64,000 nt of DNA, taken from positions 960,001 to 1,024,000 of the forward strand of contig OY769902.1 in assembly GCA_963669175.1 (NCBI GenBank). Direction: 5' to 3'. This DNA is from a bacterium. GTDB taxonomy: Bacteria > Electryoneota > Electryoneia > Electryoneales > Electryoneaceae. The notes below the pieces were generated by a model. It worked only from the letters and a program-made list of their open reading frames with translations. It was not told where the DNA came from and made no database searches. Positions within the stretch are counted from its first letter, which is position 1; every line of letters begins with the position of its first letter. Below are positions 19,243 through 29,834 of the stretch, piece by piece. A program made the translations under genes and the position numbers.

Positions 19243-20133
19243 ATGAACCTGATTACGAAGCTTGATTTCGATGGCCTGTTATGCGCGGCGATGATTGGAC
19301 AACGCGAAGATCTTGGAGAAATCTATTTTTCAACCCCACGAGAAATTGAAAGCTTTTCTGTTCCTTTTGAAATTAAAACGGGTGACATTCTCGCTCACCT
19401 GCCTTTTCACAAAGATGTTTCCATGTGGTTTAACAATAACGACTGGGAACACATCAGCGCTGATGTGCTGAACAATGTGAATGGCCGATGGGGCGAGGCC
19501 TGCTGCACCGCTGAATTGGTCAAGCTCCATTATGAAGATCCTGAAATGGATCGTTATGACGAGCTGATTGAAGTCGCTTCACGCATTGAGTGTGCGAATC
19601 TGACCGAAGAAGATGTGCTGCATCCGTCAGGATGGATGCTGGTCAACTACACCCTCGACCCACGTTTCCCCGCAGACCGTGACTATGGCGTCAAGCTTGC
19701 CGCCCTGATACGTGAAGGCAAGACCGCCGAGGAAATCCTCCAGACGCCCGAAGTAGCGGCTCGTGTGGAGAAGTACAAGAGTGAGGAGCAACGGTTTGTT
19801 GAGGAGTTGAAGGCGAATTCCAGGGTTGATGCCAACATTATCATCACTGATTTTCGTGAGATGGAAGTTGCCCCTCGCCCCAACCGGTATCGTATTTTCC
19901 TCGAGTATCCCGAAGCGAATGTTCAGGTCAGGATAGAAAAGCATCCTTCCAATCCGGCAGAAATCCTGGTATCAGTCAGCAAGAGTATTTTCAACCGTAC
20001 TCTGAAGAAAACCCACCTGGGCCAGTTGATGGAACAGTATGGCGGTGGCGGTGTGGATGGCGCCGGAACCTGTACGTTCAAGGATAAAATCGACCTGCGC
20101 TTGAAGCTGTTACTTGACGCCCTGAAGCGTTAA
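19243..20133 (+). CDS. DHH/DHHA1-family phosphoesterase homologue with degenerate active-site motifs
   Basis: 'DFDGLLCA' start typical of the family. The expected FDHH reads FNNN and GGGH reads GGGV. Confidence 0.7.
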   Translation: MNLITKLDFDGLLCAAMIGQREDLGEIYFSTPREIESFSVPFEIKTGDILAHLPFHKDVSMWFNNNDWEHISADVLNNVNGRWGEACCTAELVKLHYEDPEMDRYDELIEVASRIECANLTEEDVLHPSGWMLVNYTLDPRFPADRDYGVKLAALIREGKTAEEILQTPEVAARVEKYKSEEQRFVEELKANSRVDANIIITDFREMEVAPRPNRYRIFLEYPEANVQVRIEKHPSNPAEILVSVSKSIFNRTLKKTHLGQLMEQYGGGGVDGAGTCTFKDKIDLRLKLLLDALKR

Positions 20134-20157
20134 TCATTCTCACGTATAGCAGTACGC

Positions 20158-21399
20158 ATGACCACCAGAACAAAACATCCCAACCCCACCCGTCAGGAGA
20201 TTCTGCTTGACACGGTGGGGTTGTTGCATGTGGGAAAGCAACAAAAGCGCCTGGCTTTTGCGAATGATCCCCTGTTGAAGGAGGTTGTGTGGTCGCAGCA
20301 ACTTGGCCCCACACTTTTTCACCAGGCCGGACCGGCACTGAAAGACACCCTGCCGGAAAAAGCATACACACGTTTGCAGCGTGAATACTACGAAGCCCTG
20401 CGTGCCCACATGGTCTGGAACAAGACTGTCAATGATGTGCTTATCACATTTTACGCGGAAGATATTCCTGTTCTCTGCCTGAAGGGAATTGTGCTGGCGA
20501 ATACGGTCTATGCGCCGGGTGAACGGACCATGGATGATGTGGATCTGTTGATTCATCCGGGTGATCTGAAAAGGGCGGCCCGCGCGCTGGAAGAGACGGG
20601 ATTCCTGCCGACACGTATTCCCATTTCAGCCATGACAAAAGGATTCCAGCGCACCTATACGACCGCGACCTTCAAGAAAAAAGGCTTTCCCTGGGCCGTT
20701 GAACTGCATTGGAAATTGTTTCACCCCAGCGCGCCGTTTACGGTTCGTGATGAAGATTTGTGGTGCAGTTCGCAACGGATATACGGCGAAGGAATCGCGC
20801 TGAATGCCCCACCTTGGGAAGCCTTTCTGCTGCACCTGGCCCTGCATGCTTCGTATGGACATCGTTTCAGCCCGGTCAGGCAGGTGTATGATATTGCTCG
20901 ATTGATACAGGTAAAAGGCGAGGAACTGGACTGGGACGAGATACGCCTGCTGGCAAAAGCCTGGAAATGCACGAATGCCCTGGCGCTGACCCTTCGAATC
21001 TGCCATGCTCTTTTTGGAGTTCCGCACACGGATGATGCGAAGGTGCAGGCATGCATGACACCCGCATCCAATTCCCTGGTTCGTTATACACTTCGTACGT
21101 ATTTAGGAAGTCCGCCCAGAGTAGCCGAATCAGACAGCATGCACCTGCATACACTTTTTCAACATGGCGTGTCCTGGCGTGCTGTGGGATTTCTCCTGAA
21201 CCTGCTTTTTCCTTCGCCGACAATTCTTGTCCATCAGTACGAATACGGAAAGAACAGGAGCCAGTTGCCGGTGGCCTATTTGTCGCATTGGATGACTTTG
21301 TTCAGGAGGAGTCTGAAAATGCTGCCGGGACAGGAAAGCAAATCGAAAACGCAGGGCGGCCGAAGCGAAAAATGGCAACACTGGCTGGGCGCTGAATGA
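20158..21399 (+). CDS. Uncharacterised nucleotidyltransferase (NTP_transf_5 family)
   Basis: 'LKG..LA..Y...R.MDDVDLLI', 'VELHW', 'LLHLALH', 'YDIARL', 'LDWDEI'. Confidence 0.8.
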   Translation: MTTRTKHPNPTRQEILLDTVGLLHVGKQQKRLAFANDPLLKEVVWSQQLGPTLFHQAGPALKDTLPEKAYTRLQREYYEALRAHMVWNKTVNDVLITFYAEDIPVLCLKGIVLANTVYAPGERTMDDVDLLIHPGDLKRAARALEETGFLPTRIPISAMTKGFQRTYTTATFKKKGFPWAVELHWKLFHPSAPFTVRDEDLWCSSQRIYGEGIALNAPPWEAFLLHLALHASYGHRFSPVRQVYDIARLIQVKGEELDWDEIRLLAKAWKCTNALALTLRICHALFGVPHTDDAKVQACMTPASNSLVRYTLRTYLGSPPRVAESDSMHLHTLFQHGVSWRAVGFLLNLLFPSPTILVHQYEYGKNRSQLPVAYLSHWMTLFRRSLKMLPGQESKSKTQGGRSEKWQHWLGAE

Positions 21400-21431
21400 G
21401 ACTTTGCGGAAGATGTAATTCAGAAAATCTC

Positions 21432-21460
21432 TTGACAAGTTATCTCGAAACGATCATTTT
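21432..21460 (+). promoter_or_regulatory. Possible sigma70 promoter of tmk
   Basis: TTGACA-17 nt-CATTTT upstream of tmk. Confidence 0.4.
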
Positions 21461-21514
21461 GCGGAAACAAAACCCACCCGTTCGGGTGACAGAGCCAACC
21501 ATCGGAAAACATAC

Positions 21515-22165
21515 ATGTCCAACTTGCTGACAGCGGATGATCCGGCGCGAACAGGCGTATTGATTGCCTTTGAAGGCATTGACGGATGCGGGAAAAGCAC
21601 CCAGGCCCGGATGCTGGGAGAATGGCTGCGGGAACGTGGTGTGGATATCCTGTTCACATTCGAACCGACCGATGGCAAGTTCGGGCAGGAACTGCGACGT
21701 TCGTTTTCCGGCGAGGAGCGTCTTATCCCACGGCGTGAGCTGGAATTGTTCGTCAAGGACCGTCAGGAACATGTGAATACGCTTCTTCTGCCCGGACTGG
21801 CGAAAAAACGGGTGATCCTGCTGGATCGGTATTATTATTCTTCCATGGCCTACCAGGGATCAATGGGCTACAAATCACCCGATGAAATCTACGCCATGAT
21901 GACTGCATTCAGCCCGGTGCCTGATGTAACCCTGCTGTTCGAGATTTCCACGAATACCTCCCACAATCGCATTACCCGTTTCAGAAACGATGATCCGAAC
22001 CTGATGGAAAGGGTAGACAACCTGGAGCGTGTGAAGAAGGTCTTTGAGGCCATGGACCTGCCGGAAATTGTTCGTGTCTCGGCCAACGGCAGCAAGGAAG
22101 AGGTATTCGAACAGGTGCTGGCTATTGTGAAGCCGGTGATCAGCAAAGTGGTTGAATTGGACTGA
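21515..22165 (+). CDS. tmk: Thymidylate (dTMP) kinase
   Basis: 'IAFEGIDGCGKSTQ', 'FEP', 'LDRYYYSSMAYQG', 'PDVTLL'. Confidence 0.93.
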   Translation: MSNLLTADDPARTGVLIAFEGIDGCGKSTQARMLGEWLRERGVDILFTFEPTDGKFGQELRRSFSGEERLIPRRELELFVKDRQEHVNTLLLPGLAKKRVILLDRYYYSSMAYQGSMGYKSPDEIYAMMTAFSPVPDVTLLFEISTNTSHNRITRFRNDDPNLMERVDNLERVKKVFEAMDLPEIVRVSANGSKEEVFEQVLAIVKPVISKVVELD

Positions 22166-22204
22166 TTACGTTTTAAAGTTATTGTTTTTCATAGTGAAAA
22201 AAGT

Positions 22205-22537
22205 GGTTCCTCACAAGAATTTGTGCATCCGGGCAATGTTGTGGCAGGTCTTGACGCGACATTTCGTCTTCGACTTTTGCTGTGTTTTCCAGAATGCACA
22301 ATGATACTGAAACCACCTCGCGCCCTGTTATTGTCGCGTTGTGACCTGCCACCTGATTCAACATTCTCGCTGTCGTCAGGTCACAACGTGATGCCTGATG
22401 ACGATCCATCAAGCGAAATAGCATGTGTGAAGTCGGACAGGTGTCTGAAATTGCGGAGAAGAACGCGAAAACGGCATCACGTCAAGACCTGACGAAACGT
22501 ACTCGTAGATAATACGCACAAATTCCTGTGAGCAGCC
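22205..22537. mobile_element. MITE 'X' (IS1595-like ends) with perfect 8-bp TSD and a four-site CAGGTC array
   Basis: TIRs GGTTCCTCACAAGAATTTGTGC / rc GGCTGCTCACAGGAATTTGTGC (19/22). AAAAAAGT on both sides (22197-22204, 22538-22545). Internal sites at 22241-22260, 22333-22352, 22374-22395 and 22473-22494. Confidence 0.85.
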
Positions 22538-22616
22538 AAAAAAGTAGGCAGTGAAAGAAGTGAAAAAAGAAAAGCGAGTTATAAAGTTCTATAGTTGATC
22601 AGAAAATGCAGGCAGC

Positions 22617-22839
22617 AAAAGGGGACTGTTTCCTTTTCGTCGCGCGAAGGTGAAATACTTCGTGACAAAGAGAATCGAAAAGGTGACTGTACCCTTTTGC
22701 CAGTAATCAGGTACAACGCTCTATTCTACTATCCAGTAATCAGGTCTCCTCACATCGAAAAGGGTACAGCTTCCTTTTCCGCAAGGCCATCGAGAGTGTC
22801 CTGAATATGACGCGGGGAAAAGGATTCCGTCCCCTTTTC
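22617..22839. repeat. Four-site GGGGACAG-type array 'D'
   Basis: Sites at 22617-22638, 22677-22699, 22757-22780 and 22816-22839. Internal 13-bp duplication CCAGTAATCAGGT at 22700 and 22733. Confidence 0.8.
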
Positions 22840-23050
22840 GTGCCTGTCTTTGTCTCGCAAGACAGTATGAAACCCGACAGCAAGCAGTCGGGCCAAACAG
22901 TTTTCAAAAAGAACATGGCTTTTTCTTAAAGAATCAGTCTTTTTATCCTTCCAATCCTTATCATCCATTCCATCCTGAAAATGCAATCAAACCTCATCCT
23001 TGCTATCCTTCCATCCTGTTATCCTGTGAGACATGTGAGGTCTGTGAGGC

Positions 23051-24406
23051 CTACTTGATTACAGGAAGGATCACTGTAAACACACTCCCTTTTCCCGGTT
23101 CGCTCGCGACCTTGATTTCGCCTTTGTGACGGTGTACCACCTGCCTGCAAGTCGCCAATCCCCACCCAAGCTTGACCCGCTGGGAACGTCGCTGGAAATC
23201 AAAATCGAACAGTTTTTCAAGCTGTGCCGGCTTGATGCCACGTCCTGTATCCCGGATCGCAATCAGGACACGTCCATTTTCGTGCTGTGTTTGAATCGTG
23301 ATCGTTCCTGCGCCATCAATGGCTGCAATCGCATTGGATACAAGGTTCAGGAACACTTGGTTCAGTTCGCCGGGATAGCAGTTGATCTCCGGAATATCCT
23401 CATACTCCCGGATGACTGTGATCCGATCCCCAAGATCGTGCTGCAAGACAGTGAGGGTGCTGTCCAGCCCATCACGGAGATCAACCTTTTTCCGCTCCGC
23501 TTCATCCACACGGCTGAATGTCTTCAGGCTGCGAATGATGGAATCGATACGTTTTCCTGCAGTCAGGATGGTGGCGTTGCTGTCACGCATCAATCCTAAC
23601 GCCTGCTGGAATTTCTTATCGTCACGCAATACGTCCAGTGATTGCGCCTGTTCCACTTTTTCTTCGACCCTGTCAACAGCACGCTTGATGACATCGGAAG
23701 ATGAAACAACAGCGCCGATTGGAGTATTGACTTCATGGGCCACTCCGGCGACCAGCTTGCCGAGCGCAGCGATTTTCTCCGTATTGACCAGACGAGTTTG
23801 GGCTTCACGCAATTCGTTCAGGGCATTGGCCAGTTCATGGTTGGCCGCTTCCAATTCCTCGGTACGATTCTGTACCATCCCCTCCAGTTCGCTCATCTTC
23901 AGCTTGGCCTGGAGCGACAGGTTCCATTTTTCAGTCAGGGTGCTGGCGAGCTGATGGACCTCGGTGGAATCAAAAGGCTTCCGAAGGAATACAATGTCAT
24001 CGTTAGGGCCAAACTCCTCGAAAATATCTTCCCACACATAATCGGCATAGGCGGTTGATATGACGAATTGGAGACGGGTATCGATTTCACGAATGCGTTT
24101 GATTGTTTCAATCCCATCGATCCCCGGCGGCATGCGGACATCCATAAAGGCGAGTGCAAATGGCTTGCCATCGGCATTGGCCTGGCGCACCATTTCGACC
24201 GCTTCTTCACCCTGGAAAGCCGATTCTATTTCATAGGTCGGCAATTCCGCTTTTGTTTCCGATTCGCCAAAAAAGTCGGCTTCCAGGGAGTCAAACTCGG
24301 CGCCTCCTATATCCTCAAGGGCGAGAATTTTTTTGTAATCGTCATGAAGCTGTGCCTGGTCATCGACCAGGAGAATACGCAGGTTTTTTGAGACTTCTGG
24401 TTCCAT
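23051..24406 (-). CDS. Receiver domain-histidine kinase hybrid
   Basis: 'ILLVDD', 'FMDVRMPPG', 'LRKPF' receiver motifs; 'GVAHEVNTP' HisKA; HATPase 'DTGRGI'. Confidence 0.9.
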   Translation of the reverse strand: MEPEVSKNLRILLVDDQAQLHDDYKKILALEDIGGAEFDSLEADFFGESETKAELPTYEIESAFQGEEAVEMVRQANADGKPFALAFMDVRMPPGIDGIETIKRIREIDTRLQFVISTAYADYVWEDIFEEFGPNDDIVFLRKPFDSTEVHQLASTLTEKWNLSLQAKLKMSELEGMVQNRTEELEAANHELANALNELREAQTRLVNTEKIAALGKLVAGVAHEVNTPIGAVVSSSDVIKRAVDRVEEKVEQAQSLDVLRDDKKFQQALGLMRDSNATILTAGKRIDSIIRSLKTFSRVDEAERKKVDLRDGLDSTLTVLQHDLGDRITVIREYEDIPEINCYPGELNQVFLNLVSNAIAAIDGAGTITIQTQHENGRVLIAIRDTGRGIKPAQLEKLFDFDFQRRSQRVKLGWGLATCRQVVHRHKGEIKVASEPGKGSVFTVILPVIK

Positions 24407-24417
24407 CCTGTCCTCAA

Positions 24418-26454
24418 CTACTCTATCGGAAGTGTAAAGCTGAAAGTCGCGCCTTTGTCCGGGCCTTCACTGGAGAAGGTCAGGCTGCCGCCCATCTCGC
24501 GGATGGCAATAGCGCAACCATGCAATCCGTAGCCATGCCCGTCTTTTTTGGTTGTGAATCCATACCGGAAGATTTTATCCTGGTCTTCCTCGCTGATCCC
24601 CCGGCCATTGTCCGTAACCTCGACCTTGACCTCGCGGACACCATCCCCCAGCAAACGGGCGCGGATGATGCGTTCCTGCCTGCCGCTGTCACGGACAGAA
24701 TCACGTGCATTTTTCAGCAGGTTGATCATAATCTGGAGGACACGATGTTTCTCAATTTCGACCGGAGGCAGTCGTTTGGGTTCTTCCACTTTGAAATCGA
24801 TATGATGACGTTCGAAAGACGCATCGAGCAACTTCACTGCATCCTGAACAAGTTCACGCATGACCACAGTTTCTTGTACTCCCGCGACCCCTGCATAATT
24901 CTGTTGTACGGCGATAATCTGACGGATATGCTCATGGCTTTGGCCAAGGGTGTTGATCTCGGAAAGTAAACGTGTACGTTCGCCATCCAGCACACGAGTC
25001 AGTTCTGTCATGAACCCGGCGAACTTCTGGCCTTGAGGATCATTTTTGATGTAAGACGCGAAATTTTCTTCGTTTTGCTTCACGACCTGGGCCAACTTGG
25101 TCAGTGTGTTCAACTTGGATTTTTTCAGGGTTTCACGAATGACTGTGGACGATGTGGTGGCAGCGTTCAGGACATTGCCCACATTATGCAGCACACTGGT
25201 GGCAATTTCCGCCATGCCTGCCGAGTGCGCCTGTTCGACAAGCTTCTGCTGCGCGATCTTCAGCTCTTCTTCTGCCTGTTTGCGTTTGGTGATGTCGGAA
25301 TGGGTGCCGACAATCCGGTGCGGCCGCCCGCGTTCGTCCCGTTCAACAACCTTGCCACGAACCCGGAACCAGATGTACTCGCCATTTTTATGACGCAAGC
25401 GTTTTTCAAGTTCGAATTCCGGTTGACGTTCCACGAACTCAACCAACTCCTTGTTTGAGAATCGCTGGTCGTCAGGATGGGTCAGATCTGCCATGCCACT
25501 GGAAGAAGTGGGCAATTCTTCAGGATCATATCCCAGAAGTGAGGTGTAACGTGGGCTCAGGTAATAATCATCCGTTTCGACATGATAGTCCCAGATTCCG
25601 TCATTGGCGGCATCGAACGCCAGCGCCAGCCGTTCTTCGCTGATTTGCAGCCGTTCCTGGGCTTCCTCTCGCGCTTCGATATCCGCTATCAGGTTCTGCT
25701 GCATTTTCCGGAAAGACTCGGCGAGTATCCCGAATTCATCATCGGATTTGAAAGAGATTTTCTTGGAAAGATCACCGGCAGCCACAGCTTCAGTGGCCGC
25801 TGTCAGATCCTGGATTGGTCTCATGATGACAATAGTAAGCCCGACAGAGAGTATAGCGATCAAACCCAGGATGACAATGACAGAAATGGTGACGGCAAGG
25901 TTCAGCTTCTGGCGAATGTGTTTCACATGTTCGAACCGTGCTGTCATCATGTCAAAGCTTTGAATGGTCTGCGCCTGCAAGTCGTTGCGGAGAATCTCAT
26001 ACATTTCATTCATATAGGCGGCGTTGGCGAATAGCTCGTCGTCAAACTCTCCCTCAATCATCCGCAACGTGGTTGATCTTGCCAAGTCGTAGTACTCTGT
26101 TATTCTCTCGACGTAGGTTGTTGAAACCTTCTGCCCCAACCCGTTGTACGCAGGTTCGCTGGTCAGCAGGTTGTTGATTTCCTTAAATACCGAATCTGCT
26201 CCCGCAACAAGGTCTGCATCGCCCACTGTTGCCGCATCCTTGAAATAATTGTGCATGGCGACGATGTTGTCTTCCAGACGGTTGGCGACATCAAGCGCCG
26301 GGAAAAAGCGGGAGCTGAGGAGGTCGATCATTCGCCCGGTCTGAAAAGATGCCAACATGAGGATACCGACCAGGACAATAAAACCGGTCGCAGCAACCAG
26401 TGGTGTTGCAATGATTTTATGGCGTACGGTCGCTTTGTGTCTTCTGTGCCGCAT
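24418..26454 (-). CDS. Membrane sensor histidine kinase (TM-HAMP-PAS-HisKA-HATPase)
   Basis: Two TM segments, HAMP, PAS_3 'DGIWDY...HPDD', 'VLHNVGNVLN', 'DNGRGI...GFTTK..GHGYGLH'. Confidence 0.9.
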   Translation of the reverse strand: MRHRRHKATVRHKIIATPLVAATGFIVLVGILMLASFQTGRMIDLLSSRFFPALDVANRLEDNIVAMHNYFKDAATVGDADLVAGADSVFKEINNLLTSEPAYNGLGQKVSTTYVERITEYYDLARSTTLRMIEGEFDDELFANAAYMNEMYEILRNDLQAQTIQSFDMMTARFEHVKHIRQKLNLAVTISVIVILGLIAILSVGLTIVIMRPIQDLTAATEAVAAGDLSKKISFKSDDEFGILAESFRKMQQNLIADIEAREEAQERLQISEERLALAFDAANDGIWDYHVETDDYYLSPRYTSLLGYDPEELPTSSSGMADLTHPDDQRFSNKELVEFVERQPEFELEKRLRHKNGEYIWFRVRGKVVERDERGRPHRIVGTHSDITKRKQAEEELKIAQQKLVEQAHSAGMAEIATSVLHNVGNVLNAATTSSTVIRETLKKSKLNTLTKLAQVVKQNEENFASYIKNDPQGQKFAGFMTELTRVLDGERTRLLSEINTLGQSHEHIRQIIAVQQNYAGVAGVQETVVMRELVQDAVKLLDASFERHHIDFKVEEPKRLPPVEIEKHRVLQIMINLLKNARDSVRDSGRQERIIRARLLGDGVREVKVEVTDNGRGISEEDQDKIFRYGFTTKKDGHGYGLHGCAIAIREMGGSLTFSSEGPDKGATFSFTLPIE

Positions 26455-26462
26455 TGATGACC

Positions 26463-26885
26463 CTATTTTAAGTGAAGAGTTTTCACGCCATTGAGCGGAG
26501 TGGAAATGTCTATATAACCAATCGCACCGGGTGTTTTTGATACGTAAATCATCAATTCTTTTTCACTATCGAACGATTTCGGTGGAATACCACGCCCGGT
26601 AAAAACAGCTTGGCGCCAGAATGTCATAAAACGCACTGTATTGGAGTGGAGCAGATCGGACACAAAAGTCTCGTGTGTATCACCCTGTTTCAGCATTACC
26701 GGGATAATTTTGCTGTTGTCCGGCCAACGAGAAAGCTTGCCCAGGTAAATTCTTTCCAACGCATCATTCTCTATTGCATCAGTGGTGACGTCCATGTGAA
26801 CAATCACTTTCACTTGAGCAAATGCGTCCGAGGCGCCTAGCGTCATCAGGCAGAAGAGGATGACGGCTGTCAGAAAATGTTTCAT
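26463..26885 (-). CDS. Small periplasmic protein, phosphate-binding-protein-like (PBP2) domain
   Basis: Signal peptide; 'IYLGKLSRW', 'WRQAVFTGRG.PP', 'PGAIGYI'. Confidence 0.75.
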   Translation of the reverse strand: MKHFLTAVILFCLMTLGASDAFAQVKVIVHMDVTTDAIENDALERIYLGKLSRWPDNSKIIPVMLKQGDTHETFVSDLLHSNTVRFMTFWRQAVFTGRGIPPKSFDSEKELMIYVSKTPGAIGYIDISTPLNGVKTLHLK

Positions 26886-26897
26886 CTTGCCATCCTC

Positions 26898-28226
26898 CTA
26901 AAAGTGAAAGGTTGTTTTTGCCAGGAACATACCCCAGTATTCCTGCTGACCCTCAGGACTGAAATATAGCTGTGGGTTATAGACATAGGTTAATCCCCCA
27001 ATGCCGTCATGTCCCTGCACTTCCAGCTTGATCAGCCAGTGATCCGTAATGTCAAAACGTGTAGATAAACTGACATATTGATCATAGGCAAACCATCTCG
27101 GAAGACCAAGTTTCGCATATTCGTCGCCATCCGGGTCATCTGCGTTCTGGTAGTATTCAGAAAAATAAATATTCCAGGCAAATTTTGGCGTCACCTGGTG
27201 ATTGATCATAAAATATCCGCCATTGCTCTTCTGGATATCACCATTTTCTTCTGTCGGGTAGAAGGTGATGGACTCAAAGGTGAACGTAAAATTCCTGATC
27301 GAATATTCCAGTGTCGAACTGCCCATATTGACAATACCATTCCAATACATTCTTTCGTTGAACGAATAGATATCAAATCCCAATGGGGAAGAAGTGTTCG
27401 GAACATAGACCGATCCCAGGACACGAAAATCGCCCTTGGTCTTAAAACGGCTAAAACTATAATTGAGGCGAAGCCCGTCCAACGGAGTGTTCCAGGTTCC
27501 CGAAAGCCCCCAGGACCATGGAAAATAAGAATTGGCATGTGAATAACCATTTGATTCTGCGATTACCTGATCAACCGGGATACCATATCTCGCGGCGACG
27601 GCTTCAGCATATAGATCGGTGGCGTTCCAGGCCGTCATATAGTAAATATCCGCCCAGAAGTTGGATTCTGCATCAGAGACATTCATGGTTCCACCAGCGG
27701 CCTCATAGTCAAGCGTACCAAGTTTCCCCATGCAGACATTGCCATAGAGACCGACACCTTCATAGGCCAGCGTGAAATCGCGTTGGGTTTCAAGGTATAC
27801 GGATTGTGGTAGCAGAACCGGGGTACGCAGCATGTCTAAATCACGTCCAACATTATACATCCCCATGAACATCCGTAATTTCCCGGCACGCACCCCTATC
27901 CAATCTCGAATGCGATAGTCGGCAAAGGCCCAGTCGACATGGACTTCTCCATTTTCGCTGTCACCAAAGTCACGCCCCATTAACTGAATTCCGATATGAA
28001 TCTTTTCGGATGGTTGTATCATCAGGGAAATGGCCGCTTCAGTGAATTCAGGCGTTCCCTCTTTGGAATTATGTACCAGGTAATTATAATCGCTGGATTT
28101 CAGGTACCCCTGGCTGATGAAGCCATTGAGGTAAAGGTTGTCAAGAATATCCTGTCCCCACGCTCCACCTGCGATGACCATTACCAGGAAAAAACCTGTG
28201 AGCCGTTGATGCATGGCGTTGTCCAA
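26898..28226 (-). CDS. Outer-membrane beta-barrel / porin-like protein
   Basis: Signal peptide, 'GFISQGY', 'DWAFADY', 'RAGK', C-terminal Phe ('KTTFHF'). Confidence 0.75.
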   Translation of the reverse strand: MDNAMHQRLTGFFLVMVIAGGAWGQDILDNLYLNGFISQGYLKSSDYNYLVHNSKEGTPEFTEAAISLMIQPSEKIHIGIQLMGRDFGDSENGEVHVDWAFADYRIRDWIGVRAGKLRMFMGMYNVGRDLDMLRTPVLLPQSVYLETQRDFTLAYEGVGLYGNVCMGKLGTLDYEAAGGTMNVSDAESNFWADIYYMTAWNATDLYAEAVAARYGIPVDQVIAESNGYSHANSYFPWSWGLSGTWNTPLDGLRLNYSFSRFKTKGDFRVLGSVYVPNTSSPLGFDIYSFNERMYWNGIVNMGSSTLEYSIRNFTFTFESITFYPTEENGDIQKSNGGYFMINHQVTPKFAWNIYFSEYYQNADDPDGDEYAKLGLPRWFAYDQYVSLSTRFDITDHWLIKLEVQGHDGIGGLTYVYNPQLYFSPEGQQEYWGMFLAKTTFHF

Positions 28227-28561
28227 GTTGGTAACACGTGTACACTTTTACGATATTTCCGGCACTGCTTCTCTCAACCCAACAATTTAAGAGCCTATTC
28301 ACAGTATCGCTAATGTGAAACGGCCTCAATTGCATCTCTTTCTATTTAATCAATACGATAACAAGAACACATCTGGTTGTCCTGTGAGGTAGCCCGCTAT
28401 TGTCAAAACCTGAAACCGGTCACAGTCCCGATTCACTCGAAGTTGCGCCATGAACTGAAACAGCACAACAGTATCCATCTTGAGACTATAAAATCAGATG
28501 CATCACTTGTGAATCAGGCCACCCGACTAAAACTAAAAGTGTAACTCTTTGATATAATTAC

Positions 28562-28593
28562 AATAAACCCCGCCAGCAAGCTGGCGGGGCCAA
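28562..28593. repeat. REP-like family 2 palindrome (may double as the acyl-CoA dehydrogenase terminator)
   Basis: AATAAACCCCGCCAGCAAGCTGGCGGGGCCAA; relatives at 53071-53107, 54835-54900, ~4159 and ~34945. Confidence 0.7.
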
Positions 28594-28673
28594 ATGAATT
28601 CGGGAACAAAATCGAATGTTGTAGCATCATCCGATGGCGCATAAACATCACTAGTGGACCGGATCACTAGTTG

Positions 28674-29834
28674 TTATCCCAGCAATGTCCTCGCAATAAC
28701 CATACGCTGGATTTCACTGGTGCCTTCACCGATGGTGCAGATCTTGGCATCACGGAACATGCGCTCTACCGGATATTCACGGCTGTAACCATAGCCACCG
28801 TGAATCTGGATAGCATCGTTGGTCACGCTCATGGCGACTTCACTGGCGTAGGTCTTGGCCATGGATGCCTGACGGATGTAGTTCTTTCCTGCATCCTTCA
28901 GCTTCGCCGAGTGGTATACCAGGTGACGCGCTGCTTCAATGCCCATCGCCATGTCGGCAAGTTTGAACTGTATTGCCTGGAAAGCGCTGATCGGCTTGTT
29001 GAACTGGTAGCGTTCCTGGCTGTACCGAAGAGCTTCTTCGAATGCGCCCTGGGCAATACCCAGCGCCATCGCTGCAATGCTGATACGGCCACCATCCAGA
29101 ATGGTCAGGAACTGCTTGAAGCCTTCACCTGCTTTGCCGAGAATGTTCTCTTTCGGAATACGTGCGTTATCAAAGGAGAGGGCGACAGTATCACTGCCAC
29201 GAATTCCCATCTTGATTTCTTTCTTGGCAATTTCGTAACCGGGCGTTTCTTTCGGGACAATGAAAGAAGAGATACCCTTGGAGCCTTTTTCCTTATCGGT
29301 CACGGCTGTGGCAACCAGGGTTCCCGCGTAGGAAGCGTTGGTGATGTAGCACTTGGAGCCGTTGATGACCCACTCGTCTCCATCCAGCACGGCTGTAGTC
29401 TGTGTGCCGCCTGCATCGCTTCCGGCATTGGGCTCGGTCAGGCCAAAAGCGCCCAGGAAAGTGCCGTCACAAAGTTTCGGGATGTATTTCTGTTTCTGTT
29501 CTTCTGTGCCGAACATGACAAAGGGCTGAGTGCCCAGGGAAATGTGTGCGGCGAGGGTGATACCGGTTGAGGCGCAGACCCGGCTCAATTCCTCAACGGC
29601 GATGGCATAAGAAACAGTATCCATGCCACTACCGCCATATTCTTCAGGAATCGTGATGCCCAGCAGTCCCAACTCCGCCAGCTTGGGGATGATTTCTTCC
29701 GGGAAGCGTTCGTTTTCGTCAATTTCTGCGGCACGAGGTTTGACTTCACCTTCGGCGAAATCACGCACCATGTCTTTCACCATTTTCTGTTCTTCAGTCA
29801 GGAACATGTCGGTCTGGTCCATCGGGGTCTCCAT
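28674..29834 (-). CDS. Acyl-CoA dehydrogenase (short/branched-chain type)
   Basis: '[12 protein letters not shown]', 'NGSKCYITN', 'QIHGGYGY', '[10 protein letters not shown]'. Confidence 0.95.
   Translation of the reverse strand: METPMDQTDMFLTEEQKMVKDMVRDFAEGEVKPRAAEIDENERFPEEIIPKLAELGLLGITIPEEYGGSGMDTVSYAIAVEELSRVCASTGITLAAHISLGTQPFVMFGTEEQKQKYIPKLCDGTFLGAFGLTEPNAGSDAGGTQTTAVLDGDEWVINGSKCYITNASYAGTLVATAVTDKEKGSKGISSFIVPKETPGYEIAKKEIKMGIRGSDTVALSFDNARIPKENILGKAGEGFKQFLTILDGGRISIAAMALGIAQGAFEEALRYSQERYQFNKPISAFQAIQFKLADMAMGIEAARHLVYHSAKLKDAGKNYIRQASMAKTYASEVAMSVTNDAIQIHGGYGYSREYPVERMFRDAKICTIGEGTSEIQRMVIARTLLG

Noticed and set aside
20158-21399. NTP_transf_5 gene as part of a lasso-peptide cluster
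   Set aside because: No precursor, PqqD/RRE, B2 peptidase or asparagine-synthetase-like cyclase nearby.
28671-29570. Long antisense ORFs (e.g. 28671-29570, 53146-53985, 11874-12785, 24154-24969)
   Set aside because: Shadow frames opposite well-supported genes, as expected from codon bias.
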